This document shows, piece after piece, positions 46,821-57,608 of a stretch of DNA of 64,000 nt (position 1 is the first letter of the stretch; the number at the start of each line of letters is the position of its first letter). Both the position numbers and the translations under genes were made by a program. The notes beneath the pieces were generated by a model. That model was not told where the DNA came from, did no database searches, and saw nothing but the letters and a program-made list of their open reading frames with translations. The stretch is from a bacterium. Its GTDB lineage: Bacteria > CLD3 > SB21. The DNA lies in contig JABWCP010000003.1 in NCBI GenBank assembly GCA_013360215.1, positions 124,001 to 188,000 on the forward strand. Direction: 5' to 3'.

Positions 46821-48089
46821 TTATTGTTCCTTTACGATATTAAGCTTCACTGAAAAATACGGCCCCGTATCGCCGCGGTAGGCTTCTCTAAAACCGTGAA
46901 CCAAAGCCTGCATACTCGGATCGCTGCCATAAAACCGTTCAAAATCCTGTACCTTAGCCAATTCAAAAAAATACCTATTCGTATTTTCAAAAAGGCGATA
47001 AAGCTTGACCACGACAACGTGCGAATATGTACTGAGCTGCTCGGCTTCTTTTTCGTCAGCAAGGTTTTTAAACTGATACGCCGTGTACCAACGCATCGCA
47101 ACGTGCTGCGGATCGACATCTTTGATCAACGTGTTTTTAGTTAAATAAACCGAATCCAGTTGCAAACCTTCGTATTTTTTTAAATCCAAGCCCATCGCAA
47201 ACTGGATATACCCTTTGCCGGCCAGCGAAGCGTCTTCGATCGTTCGGCAAAAATCCTGACTGATAAACCACGTCGTTTCATCGCGTTGCGAATAATTCAA
47301 AAAAGCTATCTCCGGCACCGGATATTTCACACCCAAAAAAATTTTATGCCGGTAATCGCGCAACCCGCCCTCCCGATCAAAGAGCAGTACGGACGCCGAC
47401 GTGCCGATCACCATCACGTAATACGGGCGATCAACGGACTTTTCACGAAAAGCATACAATCCCACCGCATTATGTTTGGCTATTTGGGCAAGTACGTCGG
47501 TTTTTAAAGCAAGATCGAGATTGTCCGCATCTTTTTCAGACAATTCAAAATCCGAAACCAAAACGGATATGTCCTGCGCTTCATGCCGGTGTTGCACCTG
47601 TTCGATCATGGATAAAATCGGCGTGGACTTGGCTTTCATAATGTCGCCGGTACGGATAGCCTTATACAAAATATTATAATCGGTATGCAGTAAACTGCTT
47701 GCGATGAGATGATAACGTACCGTGTCGGCGATGTTGTCGGTTTTCATTTTCTGAATCCGGCTTATACATTCCGATATGGTTGAACGAAACAGCGATGTGG
47801 GATTGGTAAAATCACGCATGGAACCGGAGTTGTCCACGTACATTCGTACCGCCGCGATAGGAAGCGGTTCCGGTAACGCCGCCGAATCTGCGCACGGACA
47901 GCCATTGGCATCTACGGCCACACCGCGTGCATTATCGCATTCGTCCTTGGCGTCTTCAACCCGATCACCATCTTTGTCAGATTTGCATCCGAACAAAACG
48001 ACGGAAACCACGATCAAAGAGGTCAAACCTATGACGCGCAACCGATGAAAAGTCTTTGTAAACGGTACCATGAAGTAGCAATCAGGCAT
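46821..48089 (-). CDS. Lipoprotein with TSP3-like Ca-binding motif and vWA-like domain
   Basis: Lipobox LFGC; DKDGDRVEDAKDEC...VDANGCP; MIDAS-like YVDNSGSM...LVSD. Confidence 0.75.
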   Translation of the reverse strand: MPDCYFMVPFTKTFHRLRVIGLTSLIVVSVVLFGCKSDKDGDRVEDAKDECDNARGVAVDANGCPCADSAALPEPLPIAAVRMYVDNSGSMRDFTNPTSLFRSTISECISRIQKMKTDNIADTVRYHLIASSLLHTDYNILYKAIRTGDIMKAKSTPILSMIEQVQHRHEAQDISVLVSDFELSEKDADNLDLALKTDVLAQIAKHNAVGLYAFREKSVDRPYYVMVIGTSASVLLFDREGGLRDYRHKIFLGVKYPVPEIAFLNYSQRDETTWFISQDFCRTIEDASLAGKGYIQFAMGLDLKKYEGLQLDSVYLTKNTLIKDVDPQHVAMRWYTAYQFKNLADEKEAEQLSTYSHVVVVKLYRLFENTNRYFFELAKVQDFERFYGSDPSMQALVHGFREAYRGDTGPYFSVKLNIVKEQ

Positions 48090-48459
48090 TTGATAAACCG
48101 ATGTCCGTTAAGATTAAGAATCATACACCGAAAAAACAATACAAAACACGACGCAACGGGATTTGTTGATGGATCGTGCAACCTTTTGCAAAACCTTTCC
48201 GTATGCATTTTATCCGTCGCGCTTTTGTTGTTATTGACTTTTGCGCGTACGGTTTTTATTATGTCGCACCTTTCGATTGGAAAATGCAGCCAATCTTGTT
48301 TAAAAAAATTGTCCCAGTCTTATGAATTGAACGCCGGATTACATATCCCCGCGTTGATTCGCGCGATGCCGGTATGCTGTACATAGGCTAATGTACACAA
48401 AAACGCAATGAATTCCGTTATAGTACAATTCAATTTTTTCACTTAACGAACAGAGGTTT

Positions 48460-50040
48460 ATGAGTACAAACAAAGAAGCATGGGGTTCGCGTGTAGGCTT
48501 GATCCTTGCGATGGCAGGCAATGCCGTCGGACTGGGAAACTTCCTAAGGTTTCCGGTACAGGCGATACAAAATGGCGGCGGGGCCTTTATCATCCCGTAT
48601 TTGGTGTGTTTTCTTTTGATGGGATTGCCGCTGCTTTTCGTGGAATGGGCCATGGGACGTTACGGCGGTAAAAACGGCCACCACAGCACGCCTTTCATTT
48701 TAGATTCAATGGACAAACGCTCATTTTGGAAATACATCGGCGTGTTCGGGATTTTCACCAACCTTGCCGTAGCGGCGTACTATTGTTATCTTGAATCATG
48801 GACCATCGCGTATGTTTATCACATGCTCGTCGGCAGTTTCAATGGTCAGAACCAAGATCAGGTTGCAGGATTTTTTAATGAGTATCTCGGCTTTTCCGGT
48901 TTTGAAAATGTGATCATTTGGCTCTTGTGTCTATTTCTCAACACCTGGATTCTTTCCAAAGGGTTGAGCGGCGGTGTCGAAAAAGTTGCCAAAATCGGCA
49001 TGCCGTTGTTAATTCTTTTCGGCATTCTTTTGGCCATTCGCGGATTTACACTTAGTGCCGGGGAAAATGGCGCTATATATGACGGTACCGTCGGTTTAAA
49101 TTTCTTATGGACGCCTCAGTTTGACACGATTTGGGATGGCAAGGTATGGCTGGCCGCCGCCGGGCAGATATTTTTTACATTGTCCGTCGGTATGGGATCG
49201 ATCCATTGTTATGCATCCTACGTCAAATCCAAAGATGATATTGCTCTCAATTCTATGTCTGCGGGCTGGATGAATGAATTTGTGGAGGTGGTGCTCGGTA
49301 GTGCAATATTGATCCCTATCGCCGTCGGATATCTCGGCATCGACAAAGTCATCGAAATGACCGCCAGCGGCGGGCTTGGGTTGGGTTTCAAAACATTGCC
49401 TTACCTTTTTACGCAGTGGGGTCCGATCCTTGCCGCATTGGCCGGTGTGTTTTGGTTTGGTCTTTTATTTTTTGCGGGAATTACATCCTCCCTCGCGATG
49501 GGTACACCCTGTATGGGTTTCATGATGGACGAGTTCGGATGGAAGCGCGAAAAAGCCGCATGGGCATTCGGCTTTACCATACTCATATTGGGATTACCCA
49601 CCGTATTATTTTTTCACCACGGGGTTTTCGATGAATATGATTATTGGGCCGGCACCGTTTCATTGGTGATTTTTGCTTTATTCGAAATTATCCTCTTTGC
49701 ATGGGTTTTTGGTATGGATAAAGGCTGGAAAGAAATCACCGACGGCGCCGATATTAAAGTACCTAACGTATTCAAATTTATCATCAAATTTATCACACCG
49801 ATTCTTCTCGGATGGGTATTTGTGAAGAGTCTTCCGGATATTTGGAATACGATAAGCAATAAAAAGCTATATGATAAAATAGCTGCCACTACGGATCCTG
49901 TGCAAATCGCTGCAATACAAGAATCCATCATGTATGTCAATGCCTCGCGATTTGTATTGCTGGGCATTTTTGTCGGAGTATCTATTTTAGTATTTATCGC
50001 ATATAAAAAACGTATCCGCGAAGGGAGATTTACATCATGA
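48460..50040 (+). CDS. Sodium-dependent transporter, NSS/SNF (LeuT-like) family
   Basis: AGNAVGLGNFLRFP, GGGAFIIPY, AAGQIFFTLS, FFAGITSS. Confidence 0.96.
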   Translation: MSTNKEAWGSRVGLILAMAGNAVGLGNFLRFPVQAIQNGGGAFIIPYLVCFLLMGLPLLFVEWAMGRYGGKNGHHSTPFILDSMDKRSFWKYIGVFGIFTNLAVAAYYCYLESWTIAYVYHMLVGSFNGQNQDQVAGFFNEYLGFSGFENVIIWLLCLFLNTWILSKGLSGGVEKVAKIGMPLLILFGILLAIRGFTLSAGENGAIYDGTVGLNFLWTPQFDTIWDGKVWLAAAGQIFFTLSVGMGSIHCYASYVKSKDDIALNSMSAGWMNEFVEVVLGSAILIPIAVGYLGIDKVIEMTASGGLGLGFKTLPYLFTQWGPILAALAGVFWFGLLFFAGITSSLAMGTPCMGFMMDEFGWKREKAAWAFGFTILILGLPTVLFFHHGVFDEYDYWAGTVSLVIFALFEIILFAWVFGMDKGWKEITDGADIKVPNVFKFIIKFITPILLGWVFVKSLPDIWNTISNKKLYDKIAATTDPVQIAAIQESIMYVNASRFVLLGIFVGVSILVFIAYKKRIREGRFTS

Positions 50041-50180
50041 ATTCATCCGCATTAGCGTTTATGCTGATCACCTACATCGTAGTTATCGGAGCGACAGGAT
50101 ACTTCTTTTATCTCGCACTGACGACCAAACCGCATGACGAACCGGATTCTTTTACGGAAAACGACAACGTCCCGCGGTAA
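50037..50180 (+). CDS. Small single-TM protein, likely MetS-like NSS transporter subunit
   Basis: MNSSALAFMLITYIVVIGATGYFFYLALTTKPHDEPDSFTENDNVPR*; ATGA overlap; below the ORF-track size cutoff. Confidence 0.75.
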   Translation: MNSSALAFMLITYIVVIGATGYFFYLALTTKPHDEPDSFTENDNVPR

Positions 50181-50202
50181 TCAAGTAAATACTTTCATCT
50201 AT

Positions 50203-50238
50203 AAAAGCGTATGCTCATCTCGAGCGTACGCTTTTTTT
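50203..50238 (+). terminator. Intrinsic terminator
   Basis: AAAAGCGTATGCTC...GAGCGTACGCTTTTTTT. Confidence 0.75.
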
Positions 50239-50332
50239 ATTGGGCGAAAACAAATCGCATTTCTCCTGTTGTACGGCATGATGCGGTTCGCTATATTGCG
50301 CCGAAGTTATACTCAATAAACGGATCATCAAC

Positions 50333-51205
50333 TTGCATCTAGGATACCTGTTCAAAGAAAGCTTTAGCGGTTTGCATCGCGCGACATTATCTACATTTGT
50401 CGCCGTGACGATCATCGCTATCGCGTTGTCACTCTTTAGTTTTTTTCTGATCATCACGCTCAACATCAATCAACTCGTCGAAGACATACGTAGTCGCGTG
50501 GAACTGGAAGCGTTCCTTGACCGCGCTTTGGACACGCCGCAATCTAAAAAAATAGAAGCCGCCATTCGCGACATCGAAGGCGTCGAATCGGTGACGTTTA
50601 TTTCAAAATCCGATGCGGCGCGGATCCTCAAAAAAGCTATGGGTGCAGATGATATTTTTGATCTCGTAGAAAGTAATCCGCTCCCCGCCTCGTTCAAAAT
50701 TCGTCTGCAATCGGAGTACCGCAATTGGCAGAATGTGCTCGCCGTTGCCCAGACTCTAGAAACGATTGACGGCGTCGACGAAGTCAGCTACCAAAAAGAA
50801 CTCCTGCTCGCTTTGGATGAAAAAGTAGATTTGTATAATATGATCAGCATCGGATTGGGCTGTATCGCCGCACTGGCCGCCGTACTGCTGGTATCCAACA
50901 CCATCAAACTGAGCATCTATGCCAAACGCGATGTGATCAAAACGATGAAACTCGTTGGCGCCAAAAACAGTTTTATCGCTGCGCCGTTCATTCTTGAGGG
51001 CATCCTGCAAGGTGTTTTGGGAAGCCTGATCGCCACCGGTATAGCTTATGCCTTGATCCGCATCGTCCAACGTTATCTTTTACCGACGTTGCAGTTTTCG
51101 TGGGAAATACCGGCCATCGTGGTCGGCTTTGGTATTCTGCTCGGCTTATTCGGAAGTTTTGTCTCAATTCGTTTTTTTCTGAAGGAAAAAATCAGCGACA
51201 TGTGA
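50333..51205 (+). CDS. ftsX: Cell division permease FtsX
   Basis: 4-TM layout; VTFISKSDA, NPLPASF, NTIKLSIYAKR, MKLVGA, PFILEG. Confidence 0.92.
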   Translation: MHLGYLFKESFSGLHRATLSTFVAVTIIAIALSLFSFFLIITLNINQLVEDIRSRVELEAFLDRALDTPQSKKIEAAIRDIEGVESVTFISKSDAARILKKAMGADDIFDLVESNPLPASFKIRLQSEYRNWQNVLAVAQTLETIDGVDEVSYQKELLLALDEKVDLYNMISIGLGCIAALAAVLLVSNTIKLSIYAKRDVIKTMKLVGAKNSFIAAPFILEGILQGVLGSLIATGIAYALIRIVQRYLLPTLQFSWEIPAIVVGFGILLGLFGSFVSIRFFLKEKISDM

Positions 51206-51212
51206 TTGATTT

Positions 51213-54164
51213 ATGAACGAAAAAAGCATGCCTCGTTGCATCACGTCCTCTCTTTTTATTGCGCTTATACTGACGACGGCTTCGCTCCGCGCTCAGGAAG
51301 AAACTGGCTATCCGTATATCAAAAACTACACCATGCGTGATATCCCTGCCGGCTTACAAAATTGGGCTGTCGCTCAGGATCAACGCGGCATCATGTACTT
51401 CGGCAATTCCAATGGGTTGCTTATTTTTGACGGCGTACATTGGCGCGTCACGGAAACGCCGGGCCGCGCATTCATACGTTCGATCGCTATCAATACGTCC
51501 GATGAAGTTTTTGCGGGTGCAGTAGACGACTTGGGCTACTTATGGCCGGACTCCAACGGACAGCGCCAATTTGTATCTCTACTGTCTGCCATCCCGGAAC
51601 CGGATCGCCATTTTGGCGATGTGTGGAAATCGTTTTGCATAGGAAACCGCATCGTATTTCAAACCTTTAGCCGCATTTTTATTTTCGAATCCGCACCGCC
51701 GGAATCGCCTGAACGATTTCGGTTCGTACGCACCATCCAACCGCCCAATTCGCTTCATTTCTCGTTTCAAGTTCGAAATGCGATCTATATGATCGTACGA
51801 GGCCACGGATTACACCTGTTGCAAAACGATACGCTGGTACTAGCGCCGGGCGGAGCGTTTTTTGCATCGGATCGGATTTACGCGATGCTACCGTGGGAAA
51901 ACGATGCAACGATGATTTTTACTCGTGAACGCGGTATTTTTCTTTGGAAGGACGAAAAAATCATGCCGTTTGCGGGCGATGTTCATACCGATCTGCCGCG
52001 GCATCAGATATACCACGCGACATTATTAAGCGATTCGACGGTTGCCATCGCTACGCTGGATAACGGGATATGGATTATGAACCGTTTCGGTCGGCGCATT
52101 GCCGCATTCGATCGATCATCCGGTCTTATGGATCAATCCATTTTATATCTTTTTACCGATCGTGAAAATAATTTATGGGCAGGCCTCAATCAAGGAATTG
52201 CACGTGTCGAGTATCCTTCCCGCTATACTTTTTTTTCCGAACGTAACGGTCTGACCGGCTCGGTTTTCAAAATCGCCCGTCATCAGGGAAATCTCTATGT
52301 CGCAACGTTTGACGGCCTTTACCGCCTATCTAAAAACAACACGCATCAACTGGAGCGTGTAACCGGAATTTCCTCCTCCGTATGGCACTTGTACTCTGCC
52401 GGAACATCCCTTGTTATTGCCGCTACGGACGGTGTGTACGCTTTGCGGGATCATGTCATTCAGCGAATCAGCGATCGCCCTTATAATTATGTGATCGCCA
52501 CCACGCTGTCAGATGCCAAACAAATTCTAGTCGGTCATGCCAAAGGAGTGGATATATATCGTCAACAGAACGGGAGATGGGTTTCGACGGCGGCGTGGCA
52601 GGGCATTGATGATGAGATACGTACGATCACAGAGTATGCGCCGGGAAAATTTTGGTTAGGTACGATGTTTCGCGGGGTGATGCATTATACTACGCCGGGA
52701 CAGGTCACGCGTTACGGTGCGTCGCATGGTTTGCCGCCCGGTGAAATTCGGCCTTTCATGATCAACGAACACTTACTTTTTGCAACCTCATCCGGCATTA
52801 TGACGTTTGACAAGGATCGTTTCCTACGCCCTCCCGCATTGCAAGCACCCGACGATGTCTTTGTTGGTTATGGTATATGGATGCATGCCGTTGATCGTCA
52901 TAATTTCTGGGTTAGCGTAGAAACTAAGCGCGGCGCGAATACCTACCGCGCCACGATGGATGATAACGGATCCATCCACTATGGGAAACCCATTTTGGTC
53001 CGCGCCGATCGCCACGTGATTTGGAATGGTATGCAAGACGACGACGGCATAGCCTGGTTCGGCGGACCGGACGGTATCATTCGTTATGACGCCCATACGG
53101 CCGACAACACGACGGCTCCTTTTCATGCCTTGATTAGCCGAATTACTTTGCAAAGTGACACCAGCCGAGCCGAATACAATATCCGGTTCCGTAATCCTAC
53201 ACAGATACCGGAATATCCGGCCATGGGCATTCGGTTTGAATGTGCCGCAACGAGTTTTACCCGTCAGGAATTCAACGAATTTCAATATTGGCTCGAAGGT
53301 TTCAATCATATGTGGTCGGATTGGACAACCGAGACGCGCCGGGATTATACCAATCTGCCGGAAGGTGTCTTTACGTTTCGCGTGCGTGCCCGCAATTTTG
53401 CAGGTCAGATCGGAAAAGAAGATGCCTTTACTTTTAGAGTGACGGCACCCTGGCACAAAAGCAATTGGTTTATGAGTCTGACCGCAATGGTGCTCGTTGG
53501 TTTATTGATCGGAGCCGTACGTTTTGCCACAGTGCGACGATGGAAACGCCGTGTGATGGATCTCGAACTGCGTGAACGCATTTCACGCGATCTGCATGAC
53601 GAGATCGGCGCCAATCTGAGTAATATTGCGTTGCTGTCAGAAATGCTGAGCGCTAAAGAAAATTTTGAAAACAAAGAAAAAGAGCAACTGGCCCGCATCA
53701 GCAATGTCGCACGCCGAACCGTAGATACGATGCGCGATATCATTTGGGCTATTCAACCGCATCAGGATCAACTTGACGAGATGATGTTACGCATGAAGGA
53801 TTTGACCTCCGAGTTGTTGGGAGATACGTTGCCTTACACGCTCGATTTTCCGTCCGAAAACCTAACCCGTACCGTTACCATGCCCTATCGGCAAAACATC
53901 ATCCTTATCTACAAAGAGCTTCTTCACAACATCATCAAACATGCGCAAGCCTCGTTCGTACACATCCGTTTGGTTATTACCGGCGATGAACTTGTTTTGG
54001 TTGTCACGGATAACGGCATCGGTTTTGACGCCCAGCATTCCCATGACGGCGGATACGGCGTAAAAAATCTGAAGCGGCGGACCCGGGGAATCCGCGGCGA
54101 CATCCGTTGGGAAACAGCCGAAAACGGCGGAACACGAACCACATTACGATGCACTTTGGCGTAA
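51213..54164 (+). CDS. Sensor histidine kinase: periplasmic beta-propellers, Y_Y_Y domain, HisKA_3
   Basis: Reg_prop repeats, DYTNLPEGVFTFRVRA, RISRDLHDEIGANL, DNGIGF. Confidence 0.93.
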   Translation: MNEKSMPRCITSSLFIALILTTASLRAQEETGYPYIKNYTMRDIPAGLQNWAVAQDQRGIMYFGNSNGLLIFDGVHWRVTETPGRAFIRSIAINTSDEVFAGAVDDLGYLWPDSNGQRQFVSLLSAIPEPDRHFGDVWKSFCIGNRIVFQTFSRIFIFESAPPESPERFRFVRTIQPPNSLHFSFQVRNAIYMIVRGHGLHLLQNDTLVLAPGGAFFASDRIYAMLPWENDATMIFTRERGIFLWKDEKIMPFAGDVHTDLPRHQIYHATLLSDSTVAIATLDNGIWIMNRFGRRIAAFDRSSGLMDQSILYLFTDRENNLWAGLNQGIARVEYPSRYTFFSERNGLTGSVFKIARHQGNLYVATFDGLYRLSKNNTHQLERVTGISSSVWHLYSAGTSLVIAATDGVYALRDHVIQRISDRPYNYVIATTLSDAKQILVGHAKGVDIYRQQNGRWVSTAAWQGIDDEIRTITEYAPGKFWLGTMFRGVMHYTTPGQVTRYGASHGLPPGEIRPFMINEHLLFATSSGIMTFDKDRFLRPPALQAPDDVFVGYGIWMHAVDRHNFWVSVETKRGANTYRATMDDNGSIHYGKPILVRADRHVIWNGMQDDDGIAWFGGPDGIIRYDAHTADNTTAPFHALISRITLQSDTSRAEYNIRFRNPTQIPEYPAMGIRFECAATSFTRQEFNEFQYWLEGFNHMWSDWTTETRRDYTNLPEGVFTFRVRARNFAGQIGKEDAFTFRVTAPWHKSNWFMSLTAMVLVGLLIGAVRFATVRRWKRRVMDLELRERISRDLHDEIGANLSNIALLSEMLSAKENFENKEKEQLARISNVARRTVDTMRDIIWAIQPHQDQLDEMMLRMKDLTSELLGDTLPYTLDFPSENLTRTVTMPYRQNIILIYKELLHNIIKHAQASFVHIRLVITGDELVLVVTDNGIGFDAQHSHDGGYGVKNLKRRTRGIRGDIRWETAENGGTRTTLRCTLA

Positions 54165-54238
54165 TTGGGACGGGAATTTTTGCTTGATATTCCACGGCTC
54201 GGTCTCTATATTGCGGCACATTCATTATCAAACTAAGC

Positions 54239-54802
54239 ATGATTATCCACCGATACCTCCGTCAAAAACCAGCTATTCCGAAATCGGTTTTTTTAGCGAC
54301 CGGTGCCATTATTGTGGGTGACGTCGTTATGGGTGAAGACTGTTCAGTTTGGTTTAATGCCGTGATTCGCGGCGATGTGAATACAATACGGATAGGTTCA
54401 CGAACTAATATACAGGACGGTGCAATTATTCATTGCACGCTGGATAAATATGCCACGGTGATCGGTGATGATGTGTCCATCGGTCATGGTGCCATCGTGC
54501 ACGGATGTACCGTTCACGATCATGTTCTGATCGGTATGGGCGCTAAAATACTGGATCGCGCTGTGATTCACCCGTATGCCATGATCGCGGCGGGTGCTGT
54601 CGTCCGAGAAGGGTTCGAAGTACCGGAACGCACATTGATGGCTGGTGTTCCTGCCAAACCCGTACGATCTCTGACGGACGACGAAATCGCGATGATTGAT
54701 CGTATACCGCAAAATTATATACGTTATGCCGCGGATTACAGAACATTAAACGTTTTGGATTCAGCGGTTGTTTTTTCTTCATCACAAACCTCAAATGTAT
54801 GA
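54239..54802 (+). CDS. Gamma-carbonic anhydrase family (YrdA/PaaY-like)
   Basis: SVWFNAVIRGD, TNIQDGAIIH, IGHGAIVHGC. Confidence 0.93.
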   Translation: MIIHRYLRQKPAIPKSVFLATGAIIVGDVVMGEDCSVWFNAVIRGDVNTIRIGSRTNIQDGAIIHCTLDKYATVIGDDVSIGHGAIVHGCTVHDHVLIGMGAKILDRAVIHPYAMIAAGAVVREGFEVPERTLMAGVPAKPVRSLTDDEIAMIDRIPQNYIRYAADYRTLNVLDSAVVFSSSQTSNV

Positions 54803-55170
54803 AAAAAATCGTTATCATTGACGACGATCAGGACTTTGTTTCGGTCGCCGGTAAAGTTCTTTCCCACATCGGTAAATTTGACGTTGTGGCGCATACCGAC
54901 AGTTCGGACGCGATGGATTTGATTCGCCGTGAGAAACCCGACCTCATTATCGTGGATATCATGATGCCCAAAGTGGACGGTTTTACAATCCTTCGCAATG
55001 TTCGTACCTCAGCCGACTTACAACATATCAAAGTCATTGTGTGTTCAGCTAAAATCTTTGATGTGGATAAGAAAAATGCGCTCAAGCTCGGTGCCAATGA
55101 ATATATTTCAAAAATCACCGCTGCTTCAGAACTGGTGGACAAAGTCAATGCCGTACTCGGTACGGTCTGA
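54799..55170 (+). CDS. Single-domain response regulator
   Basis: IIDDD, PDLIIVDIMMPKVDG. Confidence 0.92.
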   Translation: MKKIVIIDDDQDFVSVAGKVLSHIGKFDVVAHTDSSDAMDLIRREKPDLIIVDIMMPKVDGFTILRNVRTSADLQHIKVIVCSAKIFDVDKKNALKLGANEYISKITAASELVDKVNAVLGTV

Positions 55171-55194
55171 TCTTTTTTTTACAAGGGATATCGT

Positions 55195-56073
55195 ATGAAA
55201 TACAAATTTTGGGGCGTTCGCGGTTCGATCCCAACGCCCGGCCCGGAAACCGTTGGTTACGGCGGCAACACCTCCTGTGGCGAGCTGACACTTGATGACG
55301 GCAGCATGATCATTTTCGATATGGGCTCCGGTATCCGCGTACTTGGTAACGATTTGATGAAGCGCGGTAAAAAACCGGTCGAGGCCATTATTCTCTTAAG
55401 CCATACGCACTGGGATCACATTCAGGGTTTCCCTTTTTTTGTACCGGCATTTATTCCTGGTAATAAAATTTTGATCTGTGGCTGTGAAGAAGTGGACATC
55501 AAATTGGAAACCATCATCAAAGATCAGATGAAAAGCGCGTATTTCCCTGTCGAATTGTCCGACATGCCCGCCGCTATAGGATTTAAGCGACTTTATGAAG
55601 GGCGCTTCAAAATCAGCGGAGCGCGTGTTGATACCATGTATCTTAATCACCCGGGATTCACCTTGGCTTACCGCGTGGAATACAACGGCAAATCGGTCGT
55701 CTATGCCAGCGACAACGAACCCTATCCCATTCAGGCTAGCGATGCTACAGAAATGGCCGGCATGAAATATCAGGGTAAAGACAACCATCGCATTATTGAG
55801 TTTTCCAAAAATTGCGACCTCCTGATTCACGATTGCCAATACACACCCGAACAGTATAAAACCAAAGTCGGTTGGGGCCATTCACCTTACGATTATGTCG
55901 CTGAAATCGCATGGAAAGCCAACGTAAAACGACTGGCCGTTCATCATCACGATCCGAGCCATGATGATGCATTTGTGGACGGTATCGTCAATAACGTAAA
56001 AAATCTGCTCCGCGAAAAAGGTGCACGCGCCGAAGCGTTCGGGGCGCGGGAAGGATTGGAAATCGAACTCTGA
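55195..56073 (+). CDS. MBL-fold metallo-hydrolase
   Basis: WGVRGSIP, GGNTSC, SHTHWDHIQG, GWGHS, HHDP. Confidence 0.92.
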   Translation: MKYKFWGVRGSIPTPGPETVGYGGNTSCGELTLDDGSMIIFDMGSGIRVLGNDLMKRGKKPVEAIILLSHTHWDHIQGFPFFVPAFIPGNKILICGCEEVDIKLETIIKDQMKSAYFPVELSDMPAAIGFKRLYEGRFKISGARVDTMYLNHPGFTLAYRVEYNGKSVVYASDNEPYPIQASDATEMAGMKYQGKDNHRIIEFSKNCDLLIHDCQYTPEQYKTKVGWGHSPYDYVAEIAWKANVKRLAVHHHDPSHDDAFVDGIVNNVKNLLREKGARAEAFGAREGLEIEL

Positions 56074-56189
56074 TGCGCGAAGAACTGTGCCGGTTCCTAG
56101 CGCTCAAAATATAGTGTAATCGGTAGTTTGCGTCACCTGAAGATAGGGCGGGTGGCCGCATCATCATTTTTAAAACGACAGGAGTCCGT

Positions 56190-57533
56190 ATGAACATTGT
56201 CGAACTCGACAATATTGTACTTTACTTAGACAAACAAGTGCTCGGTAAAGAACCTAATATTTCCCTAAAAGACCTCAAATCTAAAGACATCCCCAGTTTT
56301 TATAAAAACTATTTCGATCGTGAAGCCGAAAAATGGATTCGTGAAGAATCCTCCATGTTTTTATCGTCGGGCCGTTTTAATTACGATGATCCCGAGGTGC
56401 GCGCTAAGTTTGAAGAACTTTATATGATCCTGAAAAACAAAGCGATCTTCAATCGCTCCAAATTACACCGTAATATGGAGCAGGCTGTCAAACTGCAATC
56501 CAATTTCCTTATCGCACCCCAGCGCACGATGGTGCAGTTTATTTATCGCGACGATGAAACGCTCACGCCGGCGGAAGTCAAAGATTCGATGAAGTATTTT
56601 CTCGATTACGATTATTATTACAAAGCGTTGGAAACCTATTTTGCCACTAACGCCATGGAGACCATTTCGCGAGCCAAGTTTAAAAACTTCATCGCTCAAT
56701 TGGACGAAAAAGCGCTGTCGCAGGACAAAACGGTTGCCGCCGTCAACGTTGCCAAAGTCATTGTCGGATTTCTCAATATGGGACGCACCCAGCAAAGCGA
56801 CGTTTTGGAATCTGATATTTTGGTAAATGCTTATCAGGATCGCAGTTTACCGGAATACGTCGAAGCGATCAAACAAGCCATCAGCAAAGGAAAAACTACG
56901 CTCGCTGTCAGTGTGCTTGACACCATGTTCAAATCCTACCTGTCCACCGGTGATATAGAACCCAAAGTGGAAGTCAAACCGACTAAAGTGGAAGTCACCA
57001 AATACGACGACAAAACCGATATCATTAATACCAAAAATCTCAATAATCTGGTTTCACAGATCGAAGATATCGCAGAAGAACCGGTGATGGCTGATGTGGA
57101 TGCGCTCTTCGAAGAGGACGATGACGATATCGTACTTACACCGCAGCCGGAAGTAAAGCCGATCAAAGCCGAAGCCCCCAAACCTGTTGAAACGCCCAAA
57201 GCGGAGGTCCATACACCGTCATCCGGCGGCCACGCCAGTGTGTCGGATCAGTTTGCCGATCAGCTTGCCAAAAACATGGGACAGGCCGATGTGCTCGAAG
57301 ACCTCAACAAAATCATCGAAGACAAAGACAAAAAGACCTATATCAAAAAGCTCTTTAAGAAAAAAGACAAAGAGTTTTTTGATCTCATTGCGACACTCAA
57401 TGCCGCCAAAAATTGGAAAGATGCCAATAACATCATTGATGACGAATTCTATCGGCTCGAAATCAATCCGTACCAAAGTGAAGCCATTGCTTTCACTGAT
57501 GCCGTGTATTCGCGGTATTTTCCTAAGAGCTGA
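56190..57533 (+). CDS. Hypothetical protein with acidic low-complexity linker
   Basis: 447-aa ORF with RBS ACAGGAG and a downstream terminator. Confidence 0.8.
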   Translation: MNIVELDNIVLYLDKQVLGKEPNISLKDLKSKDIPSFYKNYFDREAEKWIREESSMFLSSGRFNYDDPEVRAKFEELYMILKNKAIFNRSKLHRNMEQAVKLQSNFLIAPQRTMVQFIYRDDETLTPAEVKDSMKYFLDYDYYYKALETYFATNAMETISRAKFKNFIAQLDEKALSQDKTVAAVNVAKVIVGFLNMGRTQQSDVLESDILVNAYQDRSLPEYVEAIKQAISKGKTTLAVSVLDTMFKSYLSTGDIEPKVEVKPTKVEVTKYDDKTDIINTKNLNNLVSQIEDIAEEPVMADVDALFEEDDDDIVLTPQPEVKPIKAEAPKPVETPKAEVHTPSSGGHASVSDQFADQLAKNMGQADVLEDLNKIIEDKDKKTYIKKLFKKKDKEFFDLIATLNAAKNWKDANNIIDDEFYRLEINPYQSEAIAFTDAVYSRYFPKS

Positions 57534-57552
57534 AATCAAAAAAGTATCAATT

Positions 57553-57579
57553 AAAAAACCCGGTAAGGCCGGGTTTTTT
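57553..57579. terminator. Bidirectional intrinsic terminator
   Basis: AAAAAACCCGG-TAAGG-CCGGGTTTTTT between convergent genes. Confidence 0.85.
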
Positions 57580-57608
57580 AATTTAAGCTCAGTATTTGTT
57601 AAATCATT

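Noticed and set aside
50333-51205. ftsX without adjacent ftsE
   Set aside because: Unlinked ftsE and ftsX are not unusual in this group, and ftsE may lie elsewhere in the genome.
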